Assembly: GCA_964594885.1 (NCBI GenBank)
Contig: CAZQOB010000016.1
Location: forward strand, 8,456 to 72,455
Length of the DNA stretch: 64,000 nucleotides
Origin: an uncultured Acidobacteriaceae bacterium
Lineage (GTDB): Bacteria > Acidobacteriota > Terriglobia > Acidiferrales > UBA7541
Direction of reading: 5' to 3'
The position numbers and the translations under genes were made by a program. A model generated the notes under the pieces. It was not told where the DNA came from and ran no database searches. It saw only the letters and a program-made list of their open reading frames with translations. Of the stretch, positions 1 to 8,223 are shown piece after piece (position 1 is the stretch's first letter; the number at the start of each line of letters is the position of its first letter).

Positions 1-502
1 GAACGTCGAACGGAACTGGGAGCTCGTAGATTTTATCGGGCTGGCCGATGCCCCAGCCTTCGACCCAACTAGCGGCGGGAGGAAGGTCGGCGGGATCGCC
101 TTTGGGAGCTCCCCCTTCGGCCCACTTTGAAATGGTGTCAATTTCGGCAGCCGTGAGGCTCATGGCGTTGGAGAATTTTCCGTAACGGTGGTCAGCAAAC
201 CAAGGCGGCATCTTGCCGGACTGGACGGCGACCTTGATCGCCACCGCCCAAGGGCGCGTCTGTTCGTAGGTCAGCATGGGAAAGGGTCCGGCTTCGCCCG
301 GGCGGTGGCAGACCTGGCAGTTCTTCTGGAAGATGGGCGCAACGTCTTTGCTGTACGTGGGGATGTTGGGACCGGGAGCGGTGATAGCGCGCACCGTAAC
401 GGAGGCAGACGCTTGCTGAGCGTGGACGGTCGCCGGGCGATGATGCCAGGCAAGTGCGGCAGTTGCAGCAAGAGCGGCTGCGACGACGATACGTGCGGTC
501 AT
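1..502 (-). CDS. Exported c-type cytochrome-domain protein (partial, runs off the window edge)
   Basis: Not in the ORF track. Hand translation from ATG 502 (GGAGG RBS upstream): MTARIVVAAALAATAALAW signal peptide, TYSKDVAPIFQKNCQVCHRPGEAGPF (CxxCH haem motif), KMPPWFAD. Open to position 1. Confidence 0.85.
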   Translation of the reverse strand, partial: MTARIVVAAALAATAALAWHHRPATVHAQQASASVTVRAITAPGPNIPTYSKDVAPIFQKNCQVCHRPGEAGPFPMLTYEQTRPWAVAIKVAVQSGKMPPWFADHRYGKFSNAMSLTAAEIDTISKWAEGGAPKGDPADLPPAASWVEGWGIGQPDKIYELPVPFDV

Positions 503-810
503 TCCGTTTGCGCCTCCAGGATAGGTCTCTGGAGCCTGTTGGCCCCCGGGCAGGGAGAGTATAAACGGAATGGCAGAGTTAGTGGAGTGAAGGACAAGCC
601 CCATGCTTTTAGTACACGTTGATTCTGAGCTCCTCGAAGCATCCACTTGGTTAAGCAGCCTGGGACACCAGGCGACCATACAGGCAGACTACTGCCGCGG
701 CGGGTTCGCCGGACCGGGTTGACGACCGGAGTCGGTGGCGGAGCCGCTAGCCAATCAAAAACAGGGAACCTCCTGCGGGCCTTTGCGTATCATTGGGCAA
801 AGGGGGCCCT

Positions 811-1416
811 ATGCGTATTGCATTGCGAATTTCGGCGGCAGTTCTGTTCTTGGCGTCGGCTGCGGTGGTCCAGCCTGCGCAAGAGACCACGAAGCTTTCA
901 CCGCGTGGTTTTGAGACCAACCTGGGCAGTGGAACCACAGTCCGTTTGCACCTGCACGATGGAGATTTCCGTATCGTCGGAAGCGATCGAGAGAGAATTT
1001 CCATCCACGCTTCGGGCAAGAATGCGGAACAAGCAAAGGACATCAAGATTCGATTTACACGGTCTGCGAGCGCGGTGGACCTGAAGCTTTCGCACGTGCC
1101 AAAGAACGAGTTGCAGGTCACCATCGAAGTTCCCAGAAGCACAAACCTCTATGCTCGGATGCGCGGTGGGGACTTGGCAGTGTCGGGAGTTGCGGGAGAT
1201 AAGGATCTGGAGCTTAAGGGCGGCGACCTGACGATCGAGGTTGGGAATGCGGAAGAATATTCGCACGTGGATTTGTCGGTCAGGTTTGGAGACGTAAATG
1301 GCGATCAGTTTGGCGAACCCAAAGGGTGGCTGGGGGGATGGGCGCGGAAGGATGGCAACGGGAAATACCGGTTGCACGCCCATGTGCTAGCTGGGGATTT
1401 GAGGTTGAAGTCTTGA
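811..1416 (+). CDS. Secreted beta-strand repeat protein (DUF4097/adhesin-like)
   Basis: Signal peptide MRIALRISAAVLFLASAAVVQPA; repeated GGDLxVxG-type beta motifs. Confidence 0.7.
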   Translation: MRIALRISAAVLFLASAAVVQPAQETTKLSPRGFETNLGSGTTVRLHLHDGDFRIVGSDRERISIHASGKNAEQAKDIKIRFTRSASAVDLKLSHVPKNELQVTIEVPRSTNLYARMRGGDLAVSGVAGDKDLELKGGDLTIEVGNAEEYSHVDLSVRFGDVNGDQFGEPKGWLGGWARKDGNGKYRLHAHVLAGDLRLKS

Positions 1417-1427
1417 GGCCGCGGCGA

Positions 1428-1455
1428 TCGGGGGCGCGCTCCAAACGCGCCCCGA
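1428..1455. terminator. GC-rich hairpin between convergent genes
   Basis: GGGGCGCG-CTCCAAA-CGCGCCCC between two stop codons; no U-tract. Confidence 0.4.
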
Positions 1456-1457
1456 CA

Positions 1458-2480
1458 TCATGCGGCGGCGAACTCGAGGATGGAGTAGGGGCTCAGAGTT
1501 TCGACCACGCGGGTCAACTTAAGGGCGCAGTTTGAGGCCAGGAGGGCGTACTCCTGCTCGGTACGTTCCATGCCACCGGGAATAGCCATCATCACGATGT
1601 CGAGCTCCTTCGACAAGTGCGGGCCCGGAGTGGGCGGTACCACGGTTTCGATGATTAGCACCTGCGAGCGCGACGGCATGGCGCGACGGATGGCGGACAA
1701 AATTTTGCTGGCTTCGCCGTCAGGCCAGTCGTGGACGATGTTCATTAAAAGGTAAGCATCGGCGATCGGCATGGCGTCGGCGAAGAAATCTCCGCCGATG
1801 ACCGCAAGCTTTTCGCCCGGTTCCGGTTTAATGCCGCCGACCACATGCGGTTGATCAAAAAGAATTCCCCGGGTCTTAGGTGAAGTCTTCAGAATGGCGC
1901 GGAGCAGATGGCCGCGTCCTCCGGCGATGTCGGCGATGGTAGCGAACTGGGAAAAGTCGTAGGCGGGCAGGATGGCGGCGATGTCCCGATGCGATTTCGA
2001 GGTCATGGCCGAATCGAATGTGCGACTCTCCTCCGGGTGGTGAGCCAGGTAGCCGAAGACGCCCTCCGGGTGGCTTTTGCTGAAGGCAGGTTCGCCTGTG
2101 CGCAACGAATGTTCGAGGTCGCCCAGCGCACTCCAGAATGCAGGCAGACCGAGCATGCGGACATAGTCGCGCAGAGATTCAGGGTGGTCCGAGCGAAGGA
2201 AGCGAGAGGCTTCGCTGTGATGCCAGGTTCCGTCCTTCCATTCGAAAATGCCAACCGAGGCGAGCAGGCGCAAGACGCGATAGATGGCTTGCGGCTGGGT
2301 ACTCGTGGCTGCTGCAAGGGCCTCGGTCGATTGCGGTTGGTCGCCGATGGCGTCGGCGATTCCCAGTTCGGCGACAACGTGCAGGCACCGCGACGTCCAG
2401 TTTGCGGTGGTGAGTTGCAGGAGCTGAATGTTCGCGGGACTCGGCGGCCTACCGGCCTTGGGCGCGATGCTGGCGTTCAT
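1458..2480 (-). CDS. SAM-dependent O-methyltransferase (Methyltransf_2 with dimerisation domain)
   Basis: N-terminal LHVVAELGIADAI, SAM motif IADIAGGRGHLL, GGDFF, LMNIVHDWPD, GGMERT. Confidence 0.92.
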   Translation of the reverse strand: MNASIAPKAGRPPSPANIQLLQLTTANWTSRCLHVVAELGIADAIGDQPQSTEALAAATSTQPQAIYRVLRLLASVGIFEWKDGTWHHSEASRFLRSDHPESLRDYVRMLGLPAFWSALGDLEHSLRTGEPAFSKSHPEGVFGYLAHHPEESRTFDSAMTSKSHRDIAAILPAYDFSQFATIADIAGGRGHLLRAILKTSPKTRGILFDQPHVVGGIKPEPGEKLAVIGGDFFADAMPIADAYLLMNIVHDWPDGEASKILSAIRRAMPSRSQVLIIETVVPPTPGPHLSKELDIVMMAIPGGMERTEQEYALLASNCALKLTRVVETLSPYSILEFAAA

Positions 2481-2606
2481 GACTTGTCTCTCCTCATCGA
2501 AAAGCGAGGCCTACGCTAGCACAGAACGGTAAGAGAATAACGATCCGAGTCTTGAGAGCTATTCCGGCGGAAGGCCTTTGCTACCCAAAATTGCGGGATT
2601 ATAACC

Positions 2607-2636
2607 TTGACGCAAGGTAGGAAAATTCGCTATCTT
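2607..2636 (+). promoter_or_regulatory. Inward sigma70-like promoter starting in the left IS end (passenger gene)
   Basis: TTGACG 2607-2612, 18-bp spacer, TATCTT 2631-2636; AAGGA RBS before ATG 2669. Confidence 0.6.
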
Positions 2637-2668
2637 TACCCTTCTCGTTTGAACTCGGGTAAGGACGT

Positions 2669-3718
2669 ATGGACATCCACTCTGTGTGGACCGCAGTCAC
2701 AAAGAATTTGGCGTCTTATTGGCGCTTTGTGTGGAGAGGCAAGCCAGAAGAAGCCGATAAACCAGTTGCCCATTGGTACCATTTTCTCGTCTTGGGCGTG
2801 GCTGGTTACTACGTGGCGCGATGGTATTGGTTTAAGGCGCCATTGCCTAATAAGGCAGTTTTGGCGTTAGCGACCGTCGCGGCACTCATGCTTTTGGCAG
2901 AAATGCGGCCTATCCACAAGGCCCTCTATATCGTAGTGATTATCCTTTTAGTATTTATGGAAAATCGGGCAATTGACAGTGACCGCAATAAGTTTGAGCA
3001 CGACCAAACAGACGCGAGAAAAGAGCAAAACGAAAAGTTTGGGAAAATTGTAGATGGTTTAAGAGACTCACTGAGGATTAGTCAAGAGCAATTTGCAGAA
3101 ACGATGAGCAGATCGAACCAAATAATCGCCGGAGTGCAAGACACCATCAAAACTCAAACGGGAGGAAATAGTTTTGCATTTATAACTTTTACTGCCCAGC
3201 AAGCGCAGGCGTTTGATACACATTGGAATAGTCTATTGGTCCCTAGAGGGACTGCTTATTTTCTAGTTTCGGTGAATAGCCACGGCAAATATCCGCTTGG
3301 AGGGATACACGCGATCATGATGGATGACGAGCGAAGATTGATGGCTATGCAAGAGTACAACAAGCATCCTAATGGAGACTGGATAACCGCTATAAATTCC
3401 TCCGATACCGAATATCGGATACCCTATTTGCGAGCGCAGTCCAATGAAGCGCCACAGGGCGATGTCCAGATGATCGGAATATATTCAATGCCCGAAGGCG
3501 ATTCCAAAAGACTAACTATTCAATTCGCAGCTCCGAATGGTTATTGGAACGAGGTCTTACATTTGGGTCGCACCAACGGTGTATGGCGTCAGTGTCTGAG
3601 CGTTATGGGACCAACCGCAAAGCAGGCGATTAAACCATTCATTTACTGTGACTCGGAATGGCCAGAAGGCAAGGCATTGGCAGAAAAGGACTGGACTGTT
3701 TCTAAGCGGCATCCTTAA
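2669..3718 (+). CDS. IS passenger: hypothetical membrane-anchored protein (about 3 N-terminal TM segments, coiled coil, soluble C-terminal domain)
   Basis: 349-aa ORF with RBS, visibly AT-richer than the host genes, inside the IS ends, overlapping the transposase 3' end by 17 bp. Confidence 0.8.
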   Translation: MDIHSVWTAVTKNLASYWRFVWRGKPEEADKPVAHWYHFLVLGVAGYYVARWYWFKAPLPNKAVLALATVAALMLLAEMRPIHKALYIVVIILLVFMENRAIDSDRNKFEHDQTDARKEQNEKFGKIVDGLRDSLRISQEQFAETMSRSNQIIAGVQDTIKTQTGGNSFAFITFTAQQAQAFDTHWNSLLVPRGTAYFLVSVNSHGKYPLGGIHAIMMDDERRLMAMQEYNKHPNGDWITAINSSDTEYRIPYLRAQSNEAPQGDVQMIGIYSMPEGDSKRLTIQFAAPNGYWNEVLHLGRTNGVWRQCLSVMGPTAKQAIKPFIYCDSEWPEGKALAEKDWTVSKRHP

Positions 3719-4595
3719 CTTTTGCTGTGAGATGTTTGTATTCAAGGTTTGGAGAATCAATGAGTTTAAGCATCGTATCGCGGAAGAGGAAAGGGTTCTT
3801 GCGGTTGTTAAATCGGAAGCACATTTCGTCTAGGTAGGCAGGGAGATGCTTCGCAGAGACTTTATGCCACGTACCCACAATCCCGCGCTTGAGAAGCGAG
3901 AAAGCCGATTCCACAGTGTTTGTGTGGACATCGCCATGAGCATATTCGCGGGAATGATTGATGGTCCTATGCAGGTTCTTTTGCATCTTGTCGAGCGCGT
4001 AGGGGTAGATTTGGGATTCATCAGTCATAATCACTTCGACATGACCGCCGACGTTCGCCGCAATAATCTCTCGTACCGTTGCGGACTTAGCATCTTGAGC
4101 GTGGATCAACCGCAAATCTCCATTGCGCTGCCTGATTCCCACTACCACAGACTTGTCACTCTTGGGCCGCCAACGGCGAGCTTTGCCGCCTACGTAAGTC
4201 TCATCAATCTCAACGGTCCCGCCCAATTTCTCCGGCGCTATTTCGAGCATAGCCGCGCGGATTCTGTGGCACAGGTACCAAGCTGTTTTGTAGCTCACGT
4301 CAAGCTGACGCTTCATCTGATTTGCAGACATACCCTTGCGCGATTCGCAGAGCAGGTACGTTGCGAGAAACCACTTCCACAGAGGCAAGTGAGTATCGTG
4401 GAAGATAGTTTTGGCGGTCACGCTGAACTGATGCGAGCAATCGTCGCAGACAAACTGATTGCGCTTGAGAATGCGATAGACTTTCTTCGAGCCGCACTCA
4501 AGGCACTGTGGGCCATCGGGCCAGCGGAGGCGTTCTAGATATGCGCGGCACCTCTCTTCATCTGCAAAGTCTTTTATTAGTTCTACGAGGTTCAT
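3702..4595 (-). CDS. IS1595-family DDE transposase
   Basis: LERLRWPDG, zinc ribbon CLEC...CDDC, VSYKTAW, VEIDETYVGG, IMTDE, HTNTVESAFSLLKRGIVGTWHKVSAKHLPAYLDEMCFRFN. Likely start MNLVELI. Confidence 0.96.
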   Translation of the reverse strand: MNLVELIKDFADEERCRAYLERLRWPDGPQCLECGSKKVYRILKRNQFVCDDCSHQFSVTAKTIFHDTHLPLWKWFLATYLLCESRKGMSANQMKRQLDVSYKTAWYLCHRIRAAMLEIAPEKLGGTVEIDETYVGGKARRWRPKSDKSVVVGIRQRNGDLRLIHAQDAKSATVREIIAANVGGHVEVIMTDESQIYPYALDKMQKNLHRTINHSREYAHGDVHTNTVESAFSLLKRGIVGTWHKVSAKHLPAYLDEMCFRFNNRKNPFLFRDTMLKLIDSPNLEYKHLTAKVKDAA

Positions 4596-4619
4596 TGCTT
4601 CTTTCACAGGACACCACCT

Positions 4620-4757
4620 ATGCCTAAGAAACCAAAGAAACACCCAAAGGACATGACAACGGATGAGGCCATGAAGCACCTGTTCACGCACAGAGGCCAC
4701 CAGATTCTCAAGAAGCACGTTGCCAAGTTGGAGCGTTCAAGCACAAAGAAAGGGTAA
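4620..4757 (+). CDS. Small basic 45-aa ORF inside the IS, divergent from the transposase
   Basis: MPKKPKKHPKDMTTDEAMKHLFTHRGHQILKKHVAKLERSSTKKG*; CAGGA RBS-like motif upstream; below the ORF-track cutoff. Confidence 0.55.
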   Translation: MPKKPKKHPKDMTTDEAMKHLFTHRGHQILKKHVAKLERSSTKKG

Positions 4758-4779
4758 CTGAAGCCGTGCCTTGTGTCAA
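4751..4779 (-). promoter_or_regulatory. Inward sigma70-like promoter starting in the right IS end (transposase)
   Basis: Minus-strand TTGACA 4779-4774, 17-bp spacer, TACCCT 4756-4751. Confidence 0.6.
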
Positions 4780-4873
4780 GTCTATAATCCCGCAAAATTG
4801 TCTCGAAGCGTCTGCAGTCATGACTGCCGGCAACGGCCGTCGTTTGGGTTACTGCAAATTGGAGGTGCGATCC

Positions 4874-5701
4874 ATGATGGCCATACGAATTCTTTCGTTC
4901 TTGCCGGCGTTTAGCTTGGCTGCAGCCACATTCGGGCAGAGCGCGACAAATACTGCGGCTGCGAGCGTGCAGGTACAGCCGGCGCCTTCCCTCGCTTCCG
5001 TGGTGGACCGCGAGATCAGCGCGATTGAAAGGCAAGTCCTCGATGTTGGGGAGGCCATGCCGGAGGACAAGTTCAACTTCACGCCGGAAAGCTTGAACAT
5101 TCCCGGTGCCAATTACAAGGGAGTGCGCACGTTTGCGGTGGAGCTAAAGCATGTCGCTGCTTCCAACTATTTCATCTGGTCGGCGTTGACCGGCGAAAAG
5201 GTACCGGAGGCAATCAAAGACGGAAATGGCCCGGAAAACCTGAAAAGCAAAGCCGAGATCATCCAGTTCCTGAAGGAGTCTTTTGCGCTGGGCCACCGGG
5301 GCGCAGCGACGCTAACGACAGAGAATATGTTGCAGAACCCCGGACCAAGCAAATCTACGCGGTTGCGTCTGGCTACGTTTGGCGTCGCTCATGCGTTTGA
5401 TCACTACGGGCAGATGGTGGAGTATTTGCGGATGAATGGAATTGTGCCGCCCGCCAGCCGGCAGCAATCAAAATTGACGGCTTCTGACTCATCCGGCCTC
5501 GGTATACTGCCGCAACAAACGCGAGCGCTGCCGCCAACAAGGAGCATCGAGCAGGATCTGTTTGTGGTTCGACAACGAATGGCTTCGGATGCCCTAGCCG
5601 CCAGGTTCGCTAGCAGACCAGTAGCGGGTAAAAAGCCAAGTAGCTGCCGGCAAGAATCAAAACGCTGCGGGCGGCGGCGCCGCAGATTCCCTTTGTCGTA
5701 G
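4874..5701 (+). CDS. Exported DinB-family protein with a probably spurious C-terminal extension
   Basis: GGAGG RBS, signal peptide, EAMPEDKFNFTP, VRTFAVELKHVA, HAFDHYGQMVEYLRMNGIVPPASR. Confidence 0.85.
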   Translation: MMAIRILSFLPAFSLAAATFGQSATNTAAASVQVQPAPSLASVVDREISAIERQVLDVGEAMPEDKFNFTPESLNIPGANYKGVRTFAVELKHVAASNYFIWSALTGEKVPEAIKDGNGPENLKSKAEIIQFLKESFALGHRGAATLTTENMLQNPGPSKSTRLRLATFGVAHAFDHYGQMVEYLRMNGIVPPASRQQSKLTASDSSGLGILPQQTRALPPTRSIEQDLFVVRQRMASDALAARFASRPVAGKKPSSCRQESKRCGRRRRRFPLS

Positions 5702-5760
5702 CGTATTTTATCGTCCTCTGCAGGGTCGACCTTGGCTCTTGCCTTGCAAAGACCAAAAAT

Positions 5761-6063
5761 TCAGCTCAATTGTGACATCATAGCGATATAAAACGTGATG
5801 GCGCACTCGAGAGCCAGAAGGCCTAAGGTTGCAATCGTTAGGCCGACACGCCGGAGCAGGGATTGTTTGCTGCTCAGGATGGGGGCGGCTGGCACTATCG
5901 CGGCTAAGAAGATTGATCCGAACAGCATGAATGGCACGGACGCGGTATACGTCGGATTGCGCCTCGGAGAAGAATGATCGAGACGCAATCCGATGGCGAC
6001 CGCTAGCACTGGTAAAGCGAACGCGATTATCCCAGCGACCCAGCGGAACCACGGTCTTTGCAT
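5761..6063 (-). CDS. Small hypothetical membrane protein (3 TM)
   Basis: 100-aa ORF with three hydrophobic stretches. Confidence 0.6.
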   Translation of the reverse strand: MQRPWFRWVAGIIAFALPVLAVAIGLRLDHSSPRRNPTYTASVPFMLFGSIFLAAIVPAAPILSSKQSLLRRVGLTIATLGLLALECAITFYIAMMSQLS

Positions 6064-6101
6064 CACGGCACCCCTGAAAGCGGGCGGTTCATCTTTTGTC
6101 G

Positions 6102-6548
6102 CTATTTCTTCATGGGCGAAGCGTGGCTGGCGACGCATTGCCAGTGGTCCTTCCCGGTTTTGACCCACGTGTCCGTCCAGCGTTCCAGGACTTCCGCGCC
6201 GCCGGTGGCCTGGCCGTGGAAGACGCCGGAGGCGATGGCGGTGTCGCCGTAAACGGTGACCTTGACATCGAGATATTCCGCGACAGCGAATGTTGCGCCT
6301 TTGACCAGGCGCAGGGTTTCCGTTTTGTTGCTAACGGCGCTGTCGGTTGAAACGTTGAAGAAGGTGGGTGCCAAAAGGGGCTCGAGCAACGCGGGGTTGG
6401 CGGTTTTTTGCGCCTCGAGCCACTGGGCTTCGAGAGCTGCGACTTTTTTCTCGGCGTCGGAGGTAGTTTGGGCCCAGATTCCAGAGCTAAAGGCGAGCGC
6501 CAGGATGAGGATCGACGAGGTTGCGTGCCGCAGTGAGGCTTTGTTCAT
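6102..6548 (-). CDS. Exported NTF2-like / DUF4440 protein
   Basis: Signal peptide; VKVTVYGDTAIASG and RWTDTWVK..WQCVASHAS typical of DUF4440. Confidence 0.85.
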   Translation of the reverse strand: MNKASLRHATSSILILALAFSSGIWAQTTSDAEKKVAALEAQWLEAQKTANPALLEPLLAPTFFNVSTDSAVSNKTETLRLVKGATFAVAEYLDVKVTVYGDTAIASGVFHGQATGGAEVLERWTDTWVKTGKDHWQCVASHASPMKK

Positions 6549-6717
6549 AACTGATCCTTTCAAGAGCACTCCTTGCGTGCTCCTGCTGCACGAAAGATGG
6601 CCCGACGGATTGTAGTCTATTTTTGCAAGCGGCCCGAGTGGAGAAGCTCTGCGGAAGGGCATGTTGCAACTCGTGAGGTGTGGCGCGCGTAGTTGGGTGT
6701 AGGAAGGGGTCTCGAAG

Positions 6718-7407
6718 TTGTATTCACCGCTGCTGCCAGTACACATTGCCGGGGGAATCTCTGGGATCGTCTCCGGGACGGCGGCGCTTGCCCTGCGCAA
6801 AGGAGGGCCGCGGCACGCGCTGGCGGGTAAGGTGTTTGTAGCGGCAATGCTGACGATGGCGGCAGCAGCGGTGTACCTGGCCTCCATCAAGCACCAGCCA
6901 AACAACGTAGGTGGCGGATTACTTACCTTTTATCTGATTGGAACGGCGTGGCTTACGGCCAAGCGGGCGAACGGCGAGACGCGTGGGTATGACTGGGCAC
7001 TCACGCTTCTGCCGCTGTCGATCGCGATTCTGACCTGGATGACTGGCTGGGAAAAGCTGCGCGCCGGCGTTCCTCCTAAGGATGGCGTACCGGCAGGAAT
7101 GCACTTTTTCATGGGAACGGTCATGTTCCTGGCGGCCGTGGGGGATGTGCGGATGCTGCTGGGCGGAGGAGTGTGCGGCACCAGACGTATTGTGCGGCAC
7201 CTGTGGCGGATGTGCTTCGGCTTGTTCATTGCGACAGGTTCGTTCTTTTTGGGACAGCAACAGGTATTTCCGAAGGCCATGCAGGGGTCGGCGCTGCTGG
7301 CGATCCTGGGGGTGCTGCCCTTGCCAATTCTGATCTTCTGGTTTTTCCGCTTCCGGTTTGCGGCGGCCTATAAGGGCTGGCGGAGTGTGTCGTCCCCAGC
7401 GGATTAG
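6718..7407 (+). CDS. DUF2306-like membrane protein
   Basis: VHIAGG...LRKGGPRHALAGKVF, RHLWRMCFGLFIATGSFFLGQ; about 6-7 TM segments. Confidence 0.8.
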   Translation: MYSPLLPVHIAGGISGIVSGTAALALRKGGPRHALAGKVFVAAMLTMAAAAVYLASIKHQPNNVGGGLLTFYLIGTAWLTAKRANGETRGYDWALTLLPLSIAILTWMTGWEKLRAGVPPKDGVPAGMHFFMGTVMFLAAVGDVRMLLGGGVCGTRRIVRHLWRMCFGLFIATGSFFLGQQQVFPKAMQGSALLAILGVLPLPILIFWFFRFRFAAAYKGWRSVSSPAD

Positions 7408-7527
7408 GGATTTAGTCCGGGGATCAGGCGCTTGGCGAGCCGGCCGTGTAGATCATCTTTGCCGGATAACAGACGAGCCCGGAGCTAAAGCCCGGCGCGA
7501 CATCAATATACGAGACAAAGCGGGCAC

Positions 7528-7571
7528 AAAAAAAATCGAGGGCGCAAGTGCCTTGCGGCCTTTGCGCCCTC
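7528..7571 (-). terminator. Intrinsic terminator closing the candidate ncRNA
   Basis: Minus strand GAGGGCGCAA-(AGGCCGCAAGGCAC)-TTGCGCCCTC then GA and T8; perfect 10-bp stem 7538-7547/7562-7571. Confidence 0.85.
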
Positions 7572-7575
7572 TAAT

Positions 7576-8195
7576 TGATCCGTAAAGTTTTTCCCTGCTC
7601 GATTCCCTACTTCCGTCCGGCTGGCCTTGCGGCCGGCCTTTCATCCGTCTGGTTCCGTTCAGGCTTCACTTTTTCAGTTCAATCTCGCATCGCTGCTGCT
7701 TTGAAGCCTTACCTTGCGGCTTGACCTCCCTGCTGCTGCGCGCTCCACTGAGCCGTCAAGTTTCTGACCTTTGCGTTCCATGCTCCTGCCGTTTTTCCCA
7801 CAGGTCCCGCTCTGAAGTTTCCGCCTTACGGCTTCCGCTCTTTGAGCTTTACTCCGCGTCTTTCCGCCTTTCGGCTTGGGACGCTGAGCTGGAGCCATTT
7901 GACTTTCGACCTTGCGGCTTCCAGTCTTCCGGCTTACCCCGTTCCGCTTCTGCCTTGCGGCGTCTGCGGCCCGGTTTGTTCCCGCTGGAACTTCGCGCTC
8001 GTGCTCTCCGCCTTGCGGCTTCGAGCCCTCCTGCGACCGTCTGCGCGATGTTTGTCCGGCTTGCGCCGTTCAACCAGAGCGTGCAAACGAACTGCACTGC
8101 ACACGTTTCCACAGAGGCTTGGAGCTTTGCGTTTCAATCTCGCGGCGTCGCGTACGGTTAAGTTCGCAGCGCCTTCTCAACTGATCCGTAAAGTT
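7576..8195. repeat. Perfect 14-bp direct repeat TGATCCGTAAAGTT at 7576-7589 and 8182-8195
   Basis: Read directly; flanks are also similar (AATTGATCC.. versus AACTGATCC..). Confidence 0.9.
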
Positions 8196-8223
8196 CTTTC
8201 GCTTCCCGGTTCAATCTGGAGGC

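Larger units (their letters stand above)
2594..4792 (-). mobile_element. Complete IS1595-family element with passenger gene (2199 bp)
   Basis: Left end 2594-2617 CGGGATTATAACCTTGACGCAAGG; right end 4769-4792 reverse-complemented CGGGATTATAGACTTGACACAAGG (21/24 match). 8-bp direct repeat CAAAATTG at 2586-2593 and 4793-4800. Contains an IS1595 transposase. Confidence 0.95.
7528..8217 (-). ncRNA. Candidate large structured non-coding RNA (about 690 nt), family not recognised
   Basis: Bounded by a promoter and a terminator; purine-rich on the minus strand; about 10 GNRA-capped hairpins; internal direct repeats; only low-complexity ORFs. Confidence 0.72.

Noticed and set aside
3702-4718. Extended TTG start of the transposase at 4718
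   Set aside because: The extra 41 aa are not transposase-like; MNLVELI at 4595 fits the family N-terminus.
7550-8070. CRISPR array interpretation of the GCCTTGCGGC repeats
   Set aside because: Repeats are only about 10 bp, spacing is irregular and there are no cas genes.
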